A stretch of DNA of 64,000 bases from Pedosphaera sp. (GCA_031414955.1 JANOQV010000146.1:1-64000), one strand, 5' to 3'. Counted from the stretch's first letter, positions 35,265-45,742 are shown. Made by a program: numbers and translations. The notes: generated by a model from the sequence alone, not told the origin.

Positions 35265-38200
35265 CTACGGGCAGATGACGCGGTAGAATTTGTTCACGCC
35301 CGGTTCGACCGGCAGCGTGACGCCGGAGGCTCCCGGAACATCCGTCCACACCGTGGTACCAGGCCCGCTTAACGCCGTGGTGCATTGCAGGCGGAAGCCG
35401 GTGCCGGTCCACGAGATGGTCACGCTGGTGCCATCAGGCGAACGCGTGATGGCAAGGGACGCCGGTCCGACGCACGGCGATCCCGGCACGTTGAGGTGCA
35501 TGGACGCCGGGCCACTGACGGCGGGACTCCAGTTCTGGCCGCCATCGAGGCTGATCTCCGTGAAGATGTCGAAGAAGCTGCCGATGCGGTAGGGCGCGCC
35601 GGTGGGCGAGGTACGAATGCTGGTGCGGCCCAAGGAAGCCTTGCTCGGACTTTCACGGACCATCACTCCGTTGGGCAGGCTGCCGCCGCTGATGTTCAAG
35701 GCCAGCATCTCGGTGTCAAAGAAGCGGGTGTCGCCGCTGTCCTGACTGCTGGTAACCCGCGTCGTGACGGCGGCTGGAGCCGTGACATGAATCGGCTGCT
35801 GGCCGCCCTGGTGCAGATCAAATGTCACCATGGAGCCGAAGCCGTGAGTCACGCTGCCACCTGGAGGAGGCGGAGGCGAGTTGGTCAGGAATCGCTCATG
35901 GCTGGCGTTGCTGATGATGATGCCATTGGCGTAGAGCTGGTGCCACTGCTGCGGGCTGATGTACTGCCCGTTGAGCGGCGGCAGATTAGGAGTGGAGGCC
36001 GGCTGCTCAGGCGCTTCGCAGATCAGCTCCACATGGGCGGCGGCGGGCACGGGCGCCCAGTTTTGGCCGCCGTCCAGGCTCAGTTCGACGAAGACATCAA
36101 AGAAGCTGCCGATGCGGGACGTGCCATCAGACTGCGGCGCGATGGCCGTGCCGCCATGTGATTGGCGGGTCGGACTTTCGCGCAAGCGGATGCTGGGCGG
36201 CAGGTCGCCACCCTGAATGTCCAGTTGCAGCATCTCGGTGTCATAGACTTGAGTGCCGTCGGACTCGGTGCCGCGGTGGCGCACGCTCACCTCTACTTGT
36301 GCCGGCGCGCGCATGGGAACGAAGTTCACTCCACCGTCCTGCGACACCTCCATGTCCACCTGCGACCCAAAGGTGTGCGTCTGGGACGAGCCCGGGGGCG
36401 GCGGCGGCAGCGATTGGGTGAAGAACTTGTGCTTCACGTCACGGATGACGATGCCCTGGGCGGTCAGAATGTGGTAGAGCGCCGGACTCACGTAGAGGTC
36501 ATTGGGCGGCGGCAGCAGTTGCGTGCCTGCCGGTACGGAAGGTACGGTCAGTGGGTCGCGGCCCAGTTGGACTGGCGCGGCCTCCTCACCGGGCGACCAA
36601 GTTGCGCCGCCATCCAGGCTGAGTTCTGTGAACACGTCGAAGAAGCTGTCGATCATGAAGCCTCCGCCGGGCGCGGACTGCACGGCCGTGCGTCCGATCG
36701 AGGCCCGGGTCGGGCTTTCCCGAATCATGAGGCCGCCGGGGCTGCTCAGGTTGAGCGCCAGCATCTCGGTGTCATAGACCTGCGTGCCGCTTGGCTCAAC
36801 GCCCACATGCGTCACCTGCACCGTCACATCCGCCGCGCCCGCCAGCGGGGACCAGGTCTGCCCGCCGTCCGACGATACCTGCCCGGAAACTTGCGAGGGG
36901 AAGGTGTGGATCTGGCTGCCGCCCGGGGGCGGCGGCGGGAAGCTCTGCAGGAAGCGGCGATGGCTCACGTTGCTGATGATGATGCCGTTGGCGTAGAGCT
37001 GATGCCACTGCTGCGGCGAGACGTACTCACCCTGCTGCGGCGGCAGCAGAGGCGTCGGGAACCAGCGCGGTTTGCGCGGGCGCACTGTCACCGTGAAGCT
37101 GCAACTGGCGCTGCCGTTCACACTACTGGCGGTGCAGGTCACCGTGGTGGTTCCGACCGGGAAGTTGCTTCCACTGGGCGGCGTGCAGGAGTAAGTCACC
37201 GGCGCGCCACATGTATCCACCGGCCCCACCGTCGGGGCGAAGGTCACGACACGGCCCGCCGGCGTGAGGGCGAAGGCTGTGATGTTGGCCGGGCAGACGA
37301 TGAGCACCGTGCAGGGCACTGGGTTCGGCACCACATGGACGTTGGCCGGACCGGTCAGCGAGGGCTGCCAGGTCTGTCCGCCGTCCGCGCTCAACTCCGT
37401 AAAGATGTCAAAGAAGCTGGCCACACTGTGTGTGCCGTCGGCTGCGCTGGTGCGAATGCTGGTGCGGCCCAGCGAGGCCTTGCTCGGGCTTTCGCGCACC
37501 ATCATGCCGACGGGCAGGCCACCGCCGCTGATGTTGAGCGCCAGCATCTCGGTCTCGAAGAAGCGGGTGTCACCGTCGCTCTGCATTTCGCGCACGCTCA
37601 CCGTCACCTGGGCGGGCAGGGTGGTGTGCTGCCACGTCGTCCCGTTGTTGAGCGAGAGGTCGCACTCCACGTCCGATCCGAAGCTGTGCGTCTCAGTCAC
37701 GCCCGGGGGCGGCGGCGGGAAGGACTGGGTGAAGTGTTTGTGGCTCACGTTGCTGATGATGATGCCCTGGGCGTAGAGCGCGTGCCACTGCTGCGGGCTG
37801 ATGTACTGCCCGTTGAGCGGTGGCAGATTGGGATTGGGCACCGGCATGGGCGGAGCTTCGCAGATCAGTTCCACGCGGGCCGGGGTCGGCGCAGGGGTCC
37901 AAGTTTGGCCACCGTCCACGCTCAGATCCACGAAGATGTCGAAGAAGCTGCCGATGCTGTGCCCGTTGGGCGTCGGGGCGATGACCGTGCCGCCTTGCGA
38001 GGCGCGGGTCGGGCTTTCACGGAGCATCACTCCGACCGGTAGATCGCCACCCTGCAGATCCAGTTGCAGCATCTCAGTGTCATAGAGCTGAGTTTCATCG
38101 GGCGCAGTGCCGCGGTGTTGCACATGGACTGCCACCGCCGCCGGGGCACGCCGGGGCTGGAAGGTCTGGCCACCGTCGAGGCTCACTTCCATGTCCACTT

Positions 38201-41200
38201 GCGAACCAAAGGTATGCATCGCTCCCGGACCGGGCGGGGGCGGCGGCTGGCTTTGGGTGAAGAACTTGTGCCGCACGTTGCGGATCTGGATGCCCTGGGC
38301 GAGCAGCAGGTGATACTGCTGCGGCGAGACATACAGATCATTGGGCGGCGGCAACAACTGGGTCGAGGCCGGGATCGGCGTGATGGTCCGCGGGTCAGTC
38401 CGCAACTCTACCTGCGCCGCCTCCTGGGCGGGCGACCAGTTCGCCCCGCCATCCAGACTGAGTTCCGTGAAGACGTCGAAGAAGCTGTCGATGGCAAAGC
38501 CACCGCCCGGCGCGGCCTGCACAGTGGTGCGGCCAGTCGAGGCGCGGGTCGGGCTTTCACGGATCATGAAGCCACCGGGGCTGGCCAGATTGAGCGCCAG
38601 CATCTCGGTGTCATAGAGCTGAGTGCCATCGGGATCGGTGCCCACATGCGTGACCTGCACCGTCACATCCGCCGGGGCCGTGGCCGGGGTGAAGGTCGTG
38701 CCGCCATCTGTTGACAACAGCAATTCCACGGTCGATCCGAACGAATGCGTTTCCGACGTGCCGGTTGCGGGCGGCGGGAAGCTTTGCAGGAAGTGGCGGT
38801 GGCTCACGTTGCTGATGATGATGCCATTGGCGTAGAATTGGTGCCATTGCTGGGGCGAAATGTACTCACCCTGCGGCGGCGGCAGCAACGGCGTCGGGAA
38901 CCAGCGCGGCTTGCGGGCCCGCACCGTCACCGTGAAGGAGCAGGTGGCGCTCTGGCCACAGCCGTCCGTGACCACACAGGTCACGGTCGTGGTCCCAACC
39001 GGGAAGGGCGATCCGCTGGGCGGATTGCAGACCACGTTGAACGGCGCACAGCCTCCACTCACGATCGGAGCCGGGTAATTGACGACAACTCCGGCCGCAG
39101 TGGGCGCGGTCACGCTGACGTTTGGCGGACAGGCGATGGCCAGCGGCGGGGGCGGGTTGGTCGGAATGTTGAGTTGCACGGAGACGGGGCCGCTCACGGC
39201 GGGACTCCAAGTGGCCCCGCCATCAAGACTGATTTCCGTGAAGATGTCGAAGAAGCTGGAGACGCGGTAGTCGCCGGGCGTGGTGCGGATGCTGGTGCGT
39301 CCAAGCGATTGTTTGGTCGGGCTTTCCCGGAGTTGGACGCCCCCTGGCAGCGCGCCTCCGCTAATGTTGAGGGCGAGCATCTCGGTGTCGAAGAAGCGCG
39401 TGCTGCCGCTGTCGAGGCTGCTGCTCACCTGAGCGGTCACACTGGCGGGCGCAGTCACATGCGCCGGGGGTTGGCCCGGCTGGAATAAATCGAAAGTGAC
39501 CATCGACCCGAAGTTATGAACCTGCGATCCGCCGGGCGGCGGAGGCGGCTGGTTCTGGGTGAACCGATCATGGCTGGCATTGCTGATGATAATGCCGTTG
39601 GCGTAGAGCTGATGCCACTGGTCGGGCGAGACGTATTCGCCGTTGAGCGGCGGCAGGTTGGGCGTGGGCACCGTTTGTTCGGCGGCCGGGTTGACGAGTT
39701 CCACATGGGCCGGGGCCGGGGCCGGGGTCCAGCTTGCGCCTCCGTCCAGGCTCACTTCCACGAAGATGTCGAAGAAGCTGTGGATGCGATGTGTGCCATT
39801 GGTGTTGGGCGCGATGGATGTTCCACCGATGGACTGCTTGGTCGGGCTTTCCCGGATCAGCAGCCCCGGTGGCAGGGCGCCTCCGCTGAGATCCAGTTGC
39901 AACATCTCGGTATCGAAGCTTACCCCGTCGTTGCCGGACGAACCGATGTTGTGGACCCGGACCGTCACAGCGGCGGGCGCGCGCACGGCGGAGAAGGACA
40001 GCCCGCCATCAGTCGAGAGCATCATGTCCACCTGCGAATCGAAGGTGTGCGTGTTGGTCCCGCCCAGGGGCGGCGGCGGCTGCGAACCAGTGAAGAAGCT
40101 GTGGCTCACGTTGCTGATCACGATGCCGCTGGCCAGCGCCAGATGGTAGTCCTGCGGACTGACGTAGGCGCCATTGGGCGGCGGGAGGTCGCCCGTGGGC
40201 ATGTCCACCGGCGGGACGGTGGTCGGATCCTTGCGCAGTTCAACGTGCGCGGCCTGCGCGGCGGCGCTCCAAGTGGCACCTCCATCCAGGCTGACCTCGG
40301 TGAAGATGTCGAAGAAACTGATCATGCAAACATTGTCGGGGTTATTCCCGAAACCGGTCCCGCGGATGATGACCAGACCGGGTGAAGCCAGGGTCGGGCT
40401 TTCGCGCAACCGGATGCCGGGCGGCAGGTTGCCTCCGCTGATGTCGAGTTGCAGCATCTCGGTGTCAAACGTCCGGACCTGACCCGTCCCGGGTTGGGCA
40501 TAGACGCTGACGCTGACCGCCGCGGGCGCGCTCACGCTTTGGAAACTCAGGCCGCCATCAACGGAGATTTCGCAATCCACCTGCGAGTCGAACTCATGCA
40601 CCTGAATGGTGCCGGGCGCGGGCGGAGGCGTGCTCTGGGTGAAGTAGCGATGCTTGGGACTGCGGATGATGATGCCGTTGGCATAGAGCTGATGGTACAG
40701 TTGCGGGCTGATATACATGCCGTTGGTCGGCGGCAGCCCGTCGTCGTTGAAGGGAATGTCCGGAATCGGCGGACGGACGGTCACACTGAACGAGCAGTTG
40801 GCGCTGCCACCACAACCGTCCGTGACCACACAGGTCAAGGTCGTCGTCCCGATCGGGAAAGGCGAGCCGCTGGGCGGAACGCAGACCACGCTGACCGGCG
40901 CACAACCGCCACTGACGGCGGGGGGTGGGTAGTTGACGACGGCTCCAGCCGCAGTGGGCGCGATCACAGTCATGTTCGGAGGGCAGGTGATGGCCAGCGG
41001 CAGCGGCGGATTGTTCGGGATGTTGAGATGCACGGAGACAGGGCCGCTGACGGCCGGACTCCAAGTTGCGCCACCGTCGAGGCTCATCTCGGTGAAAATG
41101 TCGAAGAAACTGCCGACACGGTAGTCGGTGGGAGTGGTGCGGATGCTGGTCCGTCCGAGCGACGCCTTGCTTGGGCTTTCGCGCACCATGATGCCGCCGG

Positions 41201-44200
41201 GGGCGCTGATGTTCAGGGCCAGCATCTCGGTGTCGAAGAAGCGAGTGGAACCGGAATCCTGACTGCTGCTCACCTGCGTGGTCACGCTGGCCGGGGCCGT
41301 CATGGGCACGGGTGCCTGGCCCTGCTGGATGAGATCGAAATGCACCATCGACCCGAAGTTATGAACCTGCGATCCGCCGGGGGGCGGCGGCGGCTGGCTC
41401 TGGGTGAACCGGTCATGGCTCGCGTTGCTGATGATGATGCCGTTGGCGTAGAGCTGGTGCCAGCGCTCGGGCGAAATGTATTCGCCATTCAACGGCGGCA
41501 GGTTCGAGTTGGTGGCTGGCTGTTCGGGCGCGGGCATGACCAGTTGCACATGGGCCGGAGCCTGAGCCGGAGACCAGTTCTGGCCACCGTCCAAACTCAC
41601 TTCCACGAAGATGTCGAAGAAGCTGCCGATGCGCAGCAGATCGAAGTCGGGATCGCCAATGGGCACGCCTGAGGCTGCGATGGATGTTCGACCGCGCGAG
41701 GGCAACGTCGGGCTTTCGCGGAGCCTCACCGCAGGCGGGAGATCGCCGCCCTGAATGTTGAGCGAGAGCATTTCGGTGTCGAACGTGCCTCCGGTCGTGC
41801 CGTCCACCCGCACCTCGACGCCGGCCGGGGCGCGCACGGACTGGAAGGTCGCGCCGCCATCGAACGACAAATCCATGTCCACCTGCGAATTGAAGGTGTG
41901 AATTGCCGTCCCACCCACGGGCGGAGGCGGTTGCGAATGAGTGAAGAAGCTGTGGCTCACGTTGCTGATGACCACGCCTTGGGCGGTAAGGATGTGGTAA
42001 TCCGCCGGGCTGACGTAGGCGCCATTGCGCGGAGGCAAATCGCCGGTGGGCGCGCTGACCGGCGGGGTCAGGGTGACGTCCCGCCGCAGCTCGACATGGG
42101 CCGGTTGCAGAGCCGGGCTCCAACTCGCGCCGCCGTCCAAGCTGAGTTCAGTGAAGACGTCGAAGAAGCTCGAGATCATGAATCCTCCCGGCGCGGTGCG
42201 CATGGTGGTGTGGCCGGGCGAAGGCAGCGTCGGGCTTTCGCGAATTATCACGCCCACCGGCAGGGTGCCGCCAGCGATATCGAGTTGCTGCATCTCGGTG
42301 GCAAACTGCTGGGTCGGCCCGCCAGGAGTGTGGGTCACCTGCACGGCGACACCAGCCGGCGCGGTGTGACGCACAAAATTAGAGCCACCATCGGTCGAAA
42401 TATCCATCGAGACCGACGAGCCAAAGGTATGGACCTGAACCGTGTTCGGCGGCGGCGGCGGCGTGGATTGGGTGAACTTGTTGTGGCTGATGTTGCTGAT
42501 GATGATCCCGTTCGCGTAAAGCTGGTGATACAGCGCCGGGCTGATGTACGTGCCGGTCGGCGGGGGCAGGTTCGGCGTAGGGAAGAAGATTTCCGGCGCG
42601 GGCGGAACCGGTGGATTGACCGTCACGTTGAACGAACAGGTGGCGCTGCCACCGCAGGTGTCGCTGGCGGTGCAATTCACCGTCGTCGTGCCCAGCGGGA
42701 ACGGCGAACCGCTGGGCGGAGAGCAAACCACCGTCGGCGGAGTGCAGCCGCCACCCACGGTGGGCGGGGGATAATTTACCACCGTACCGGCTGCTCCATT
42801 CACCGTCACGTTGGCCGGGCAGGCGATGGTGACGGGAGGCGGGCCGCCCAAGGTGGTCACGCTGACCGAAGCCGGGCCGGAAAGCGACGGGTGCCAGGTC
42901 GCGCCGCCATCCAAGCTAAGTTCGACGAAAATATCGAAGAAACTGGAGATGCGATAATCGCCAGGAGCGGCCTGCCGGATGCTAGTCTTGCCCGTGGACG
43001 CCTTGGTGGGGCTTTCACGAATCATCATGCCTGGAGGCAAACTGCCGCCGTTGAGATTCAATTGCAGCATCTCGGTGTCGAAGAAGCGCGTCGTCGCCGT
43101 GTCCATCGTCGTGCTGCTGACATTGACCATCACGTTCGCCTGGGCGGTGACCGGATTGAAGGTGACGCCACCATCCATCGAGACCTGCATCTGCACGGCT
43201 GAACCGAAGGCGTGGGGCTGGCTGCCGCCGGGCGGCGGTGGCGGTTGGTGCTGAAGGAAGTCCAGGTGGCTCACGTTGGTGATGTAAATGCCCATCGCGA
43301 AATACGCGTGCCAGTCCTGGGGACTGACGTACTGGCCAGCCGGCGGGAGGTCGGGACTGGTGAACGGTTTCTCCGGTGCCTTGCTGCGCAGTTCGACATG
43401 CACCGGGCCGTTGGTCGCGGGATTCCAAGTGCCGCCGTTATCCAAGCTGACCTCGGTGAAGATGTCGAAAAAGCTCGCGATTTTGAAAGTGCCGTCCGGC
43501 ATCGGTATCACGCGTGTCCGGCCGCGGGACGGCTCGGTTGGGCTTTCGCGCACCATCACCCCAAGAGGCAGGTCGCCGCCCGAGAGGGAAAGTGCGGTCA
43601 TCTCCGTGTCGTAAGTGCCTGATCCCGCATCCGCCACGGTCACGGTCACCGGGGCCGAGACGCGAGCGGCCGTAAAGGTGACGCCACCATCGAGTGAAAT
43701 ATCCATGTCCACCGTGGAGCCGAAGTTTTCGGTGTTGGTTCCACCGGGTAGTCCAGTATTGCCTCCGGCCGGGTACGACTGAAGGAATCCGCTGTGGCTG
43801 ACGTTGCTGATCACGATGCCCACGGCGTAGAGCGCGTGCCATTGGTCAGGGGAGACATATTGGTCGTTCGGCGGCGGGAGCAGATCCGTGGGTTCGTCCA
43901 CCGGCGGAGCGGTGATGGATTTCTTCAGCTCAACATGCACCGGCGTAAGGGCGGGACTCCAGTTCGCGCCGCCATCCAGACTGACCTCGGTGAAGATGTC
44001 GAAAAAGCTGCCAATCATGTAACCACCAGCCAGAGAGCGCACGGTGGTTTGGCCGGTCGAAGCGAGGGTTGGGCTTTCACGAATCATCACCCCCGGCGGC
44101 AGCGAGCCTCCTTGGATGTCGAATGATTGCATTTCCGTGGCGAAGAAATCCTTGCCCAGCACAGTGCCGATATGACCGACGCCGACCACCACCGCAGCGG

Positions 44201-45470
44201 GGGCGGAGACGGTCTGGAATGTCACGCCGTTGTCGGCGGAAATCTGGAAGGTGGCCGTGGAATTGAATGGATGCGAATTGGAAAGTCCCGGTCCCGGCGG
44301 GCCGTAGAGGACGTTGCTGATGCCGGGGTTGACGAAGCGATCATGACTGGAATTGCTGATGATGATGCCGTTGGCGTAGAGCTGATGCCACTGGGCCGGG
44401 CTGACGTATTCGCCGGCCGCCGGTGGCAGGTTGTTGGTCAAGGTAAACACTTCCGGGCCGCCCGGTTGGAGCACTTGAATCGTGAAGGAGCAATTCGCCG
44501 TCTGGCCGCAGGTATCACTCGCAGTGCAGTTCACGGTGGTCGTGCCGATGGGGAAATTGGCACCGGTCGGCGGGACGCAGGAAATGGTCGGAGGCGTGCA
44601 GCCGCCGCCCGCTGAAACGAAGAAACCCACCGTGGCACCGCCGGGACCGGTTCCGGCCACGGTCAAATTGGGCGGGCAGGTGATGTTGACAGGCGGATCG
44701 ATGATTTGCGCGAAGCGGACACCATCAAACCACCCGCCGCCAAGCTGCGTTCCCAGTCCCGGGCCAAGGATCACAGTGTCATAGGTGTCAACCGCCGCGC
44801 CGTTGAACGTCCGGGAAAGAATTCCGTCCACATAGAATTTAATCGTTGATCCGGGGGGCAGAACCTCAATGTCGAAGCGATGCCAACCGATCGAGCGATT
44901 GGGCGAACCAGCGCCGTTAAGGTTGAAAACTCCAGTTGTGCCGGCGGCAGCGGGTCCAAAGGCGACACGCCCTTGGTATTTCGTTGCGGTAAAAACTTCC
45001 CCCGTAAGAGTCGTGGCATTGAATTTTCCGGCCGCGATCAGGGCGTCCAGGCTGCCGCTGGCCACTGTGCCGCCGTTAGGCAGTCCTGAGCCTCCGGAGT
45101 GGCCTCTTATTTCGTTGTACGCGCGCGTGGCTCCGACCGTTCCCCCATTGGTCCCTTCGTCATAGAAGTAGAAGGTGAAGAGCAAGTGCCCCCCGAACTC
45201 GCCGCCCAGATTTCGGTGCATGCGGTCGATGGACGTGTTCATGAAGGCGCTGCGTATGCCGCCGCCCGGCACCACGTTGGTGGGCGTGGAAATATCGAGA
45301 GTGTTCGCGGTGGTGACAGTCCAGTTACCGACGGGGAACAGGATTTGGCCGCTCTCGAAATCATCGGAGAAGACGATGTTGGTCACGCTGGCCGCACTGG
45401 CCGCGCTACACAGGGACAACAGGAGGCACAAGGAGAGTACGCGCCTTGCCGCGAAGAGATTTTTACTCAT
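35265..45470 (-). CDS. Giant secreted repetitive protein: N-terminal domain, (HYR + 3 x ~175-aa repeat) x5, short C-terminal FYR domain
   Basis: Signal peptide ending ASA-A; five HYR-like units (CP.N.TV..C.PPSGS.FP.GTTTV.C...CSF.VTV); 15 repeats ending SFFD(I/V)F.(E/D).S.D.G..W; C-terminus W...FRLQCTT.L..WTDV..KFYRV. Confidence 0.9.
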   Translation of the reverse strand: MSKNLFAARRVLSLCLLLSLCSAASAASVTNIVFSDDFESGQILFPVGNWTVTTANTLDISTPTNVVPGGGIRSAFMNTSIDRMHRNLGGEFGGHLLFTFYFYDEGTNGGTVGATRAYNEIRGHSGGSGLPNGGTVASGSLDALIAAGKFNATTLTGEVFTATKYQGRVAFGPAAAGTTGVFNLNGAGSPNRSIGWHRFDIEVLPPGSTIKFYVDGILSRTFNGAAVDTYDTVILGPGLGTQLGGGWFDGVRFAQIIDPPVNITCPPNLTVAGTGPGGATVGFFVSAGGGCTPPTISCVPPTGANFPIGTTTVNCTASDTCGQTANCSFTIQVLQPGGPEVFTLTNNLPPAAGEYVSPAQWHQLYANGIIISNSSHDRFVNPGISNVLYGPPGPGLSNSHPFNSTATFQISADNGVTFQTVSAPAAVVVGVGHIGTVLGKDFFATEMQSFDIQGGSLPPGVMIRESPTLASTGQTTVRSLAGGYMIGSFFDIFTEVSLDGGANWSPALTPVHVELKKSITAPPVDEPTDLLPPPNDQYVSPDQWHALYAVGIVISNVSHSGFLQSYPAGGNTGLPGGTNTENFGSTVDMDISLDGGVTFTAARVSAPVTVTVADAGSGTYDTEMTALSLSGGDLPLGVMVRESPTEPSRGRTRVIPMPDGTFKIASFFDIFTEVSLDNGGTWNPATNGPVHVELRSKAPEKPFTSPDLPPAGQYVSPQDWHAYFAMGIYITNVSHLDFLQHQPPPPPGGSQPHAFGSAVQMQVSMDGGVTFNPVTAQANVMVNVSSTTMDTATTRFFDTEMLQLNLNGGSLPPGMMIRESPTKASTGKTSIRQAAPGDYRISSFFDIFVELSLDGGATWHPSLSGPASVSVTTLGGPPPVTIACPANVTVNGAAGTVVNYPPPTVGGGCTPPTVVCSPPSGSPFPLGTTTVNCTASDTCGGSATCSFNVTVNPPVPPAPEIFFPTPNLPPPTGTYISPALYHQLYANGIIISNISHNKFTQSTPPPPPNTVQVHTFGSSVSMDISTDGGSNFVRHTAPAGVAVQVTHTPGGPTQQFATEMQQLDIAGGTLPVGVIIRESPTLPSPGHTTMRTAPGGFMISSFFDVFTELSLDGGASWSPALQPAHVELRRDVTLTPPVSAPTGDLPPRNGAYVSPADYHILTAQGVVISNVSHSFFTHSQPPPPVGGTAIHTFNSQVDMDLSFDGGATFQSVRAPAGVEVRVDGTTGGTFDTEMLSLNIQGGDLPPAVRLRESPTLPSRGRTSIAASGVPIGDPDFDLLRIGSFFDIFVEVSLDGGQNWSPAQAPAHVQLVMPAPEQPATNSNLPPLNGEYISPERWHQLYANGIIISNASHDRFTQSQPPPPPGGSQVHNFGSMVHFDLIQQGQAPVPMTAPASVTTQVSSSQDSGSTRFFDTEMLALNISAPGGIMVRESPSKASLGRTSIRTTPTDYRVGSFFDIFTEMSLDGGATWSPAVSGPVSVHLNIPNNPPLPLAITCPPNMTVIAPTAAGAVVNYPPPAVSGGCAPVSVVCVPPSGSPFPIGTTTLTCVVTDGCGGSANCSFSVTVRPPIPDIPFNDDGLPPTNGMYISPQLYHQLYANGIIIRSPKHRYFTQSTPPPAPGTIQVHEFDSQVDCEISVDGGLSFQSVSAPAAVSVSVYAQPGTGQVRTFDTEMLQLDISGGNLPPGIRLRESPTLASPGLVIIRGTGFGNNPDNVCMISFFDIFTEVSLDGGATWSAAAQAAHVELRKDPTTVPPVDMPTGDLPPPNGAYVSPQDYHLALASGIVISNVSHSFFTGSQPPPPLGGTNTHTFDSQVDMMLSTDGGLSFSAVRAPAAVTVRVHNIGSSGNDGVSFDTEMLQLDLSGGALPPGLLIRESPTKQSIGGTSIAPNTNGTHRIHSFFDIFVEVSLDGGASWTPAPAPAHVELVNPAAEQTVPTPNLPPLNGEYVSPDQWHQLYANGIIISNASHDRFTQNQPPPPPGGSQVHNFGSMVTFDLFQPGQPPAHVTAPASVTAQVSSSLDSGSTRFFDTEMLALNISGGALPGGVQLRESPTKQSLGRTSIRTTPGDYRVSSFFDIFTEISLDGGATWSPAVSGPVSVQLNIPTNPPPPLAIACPPNVSVTAPTAAGVVVNYPAPIVSGGCAPFNVVCNPPSGSPFPVGTTTVTCVVTDGCGQSATCSFTVTVRARKPRWFPTPLLPPPQGEYISPQQWHQFYANGIIISNVSHRHFLQSFPPPATGTSETHSFGSTVELLLSTDGGTTFTPATAPADVTVQVTHVGTDPDGTQLYDTEMLALNLASPGGFMIRESPTRASTGRTTVQAAPGGGFAIDSFFDVFTELSLDGGANWSPAQEAAQVELRTDPRTITPIPASTQLLPPPNDLYVSPQQYHLLLAQGIQIRNVRHKFFTQSQPPPPPGPGAMHTFGSQVDMEVSLDGGQTFQPRRAPAAVAVHVQHRGTAPDETQLYDTEMLQLDLQGGDLPVGVMLRESPTRASQGGTVIAPTPNGHSIGSFFDIFVDLSVDGGQTWTPAPTPARVELICEAPPMPVPNPNLPPLNGQYISPQQWHALYAQGIIISNVSHKHFTQSFPPPPPGVTETHSFGSDVECDLSLNNGTTWQHTTLPAQVTVSVREMQSDGDTRFFETEMLALNISGGGLPVGMMVRESPSKASLGRTSIRTSAADGTHSVASFFDIFTELSADGGQTWQPSLTGPANVHVVPNPVPCTVLIVCPANITAFALTPAGRVVTFAPTVGPVDTCGAPVTYSCTPPSGSNFPVGTTTVTCTASSVNGSASCSFTVTVRPRKPRWFPTPLLPPQQGEYVSPQQWHQLYANGIIISNVSHRRFLQSFPPPPPGGSQIHTFPSQVSGQVSSDGGQTWSPLAGAADVTVQVTHVGVEPSGTQVYDTEMLALNLSSPGGLMIRESPTRASIGRTAVQSAPGGGFMIDSFFDVFTELSLDGGATWSPGEEAAPVQLGRDPLTVPSVPAGTQLLPPPNDLYVSPALYHILTAQGIVIRDVKHKFFTQSLPPPPPGSSQTHTFGSQVDMEVSQDGGVNFVPMRAPAQVEVSVRHRGTESDGTQVYDTEMLQLDIQGGDLPPSIRLRESPTRQSHGGTAIAPQSDGTSRIGSFFDVFVELSLDGGQNWAPVPAAAHVELICEAPEQPASTPNLPPLNGQYISPQQWHQLYANGIIISNASHERFLTNSPPPPPGGSVTHGFGSMVTFDLHQGGQQPIHVTAPAAVTTRVTSSQDSGDTRFFDTEMLALNISGGSLPNGVMVRESPSKASLGRTSIRTSPTGAPYRIGSFFDIFTEISLDGGQNWSPAVSGPASMHLNVPGSPCVGPASLAITRSPDGTSVTISWTGTGFRLQCTTALSGPGTTVWTDVPGASGVTLPVEPGVNKFYRVICP

Positions 45471-45742
45471 AATTCAAACGTTGTTGGTTGAACCGCGCAC
45501 ACTGAACACTGACCGAGACACCAAGACACCTAAGTTTCCGACACCACCAACTCATCTACACCAAGACACCAGACACGGAGGCAAACCGCTGAAAAACACT
45601 TCACCTGAAAACATCCTGAACACCAAAAATAGAATCTCGCTAGGATCGCCGGTGAAGTTCAAAAGCGAGAATGCCCAGCCCGATGCAAATTTCAAGCCAA
45701 GAGTTTTTTAATTTTGGCCGGCCCGCAGTTTTCACGAGTAAT

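Noticed and set aside
35265..45470. Calling the giant protein a sialidase/BNR glycosidase or a known enediyne apoprotein
   Set aside because: Asp-box-like motifs occur only once or twice per domain, not as a propeller. I see no similarity to the small neocarzinostatin-type apoproteins.
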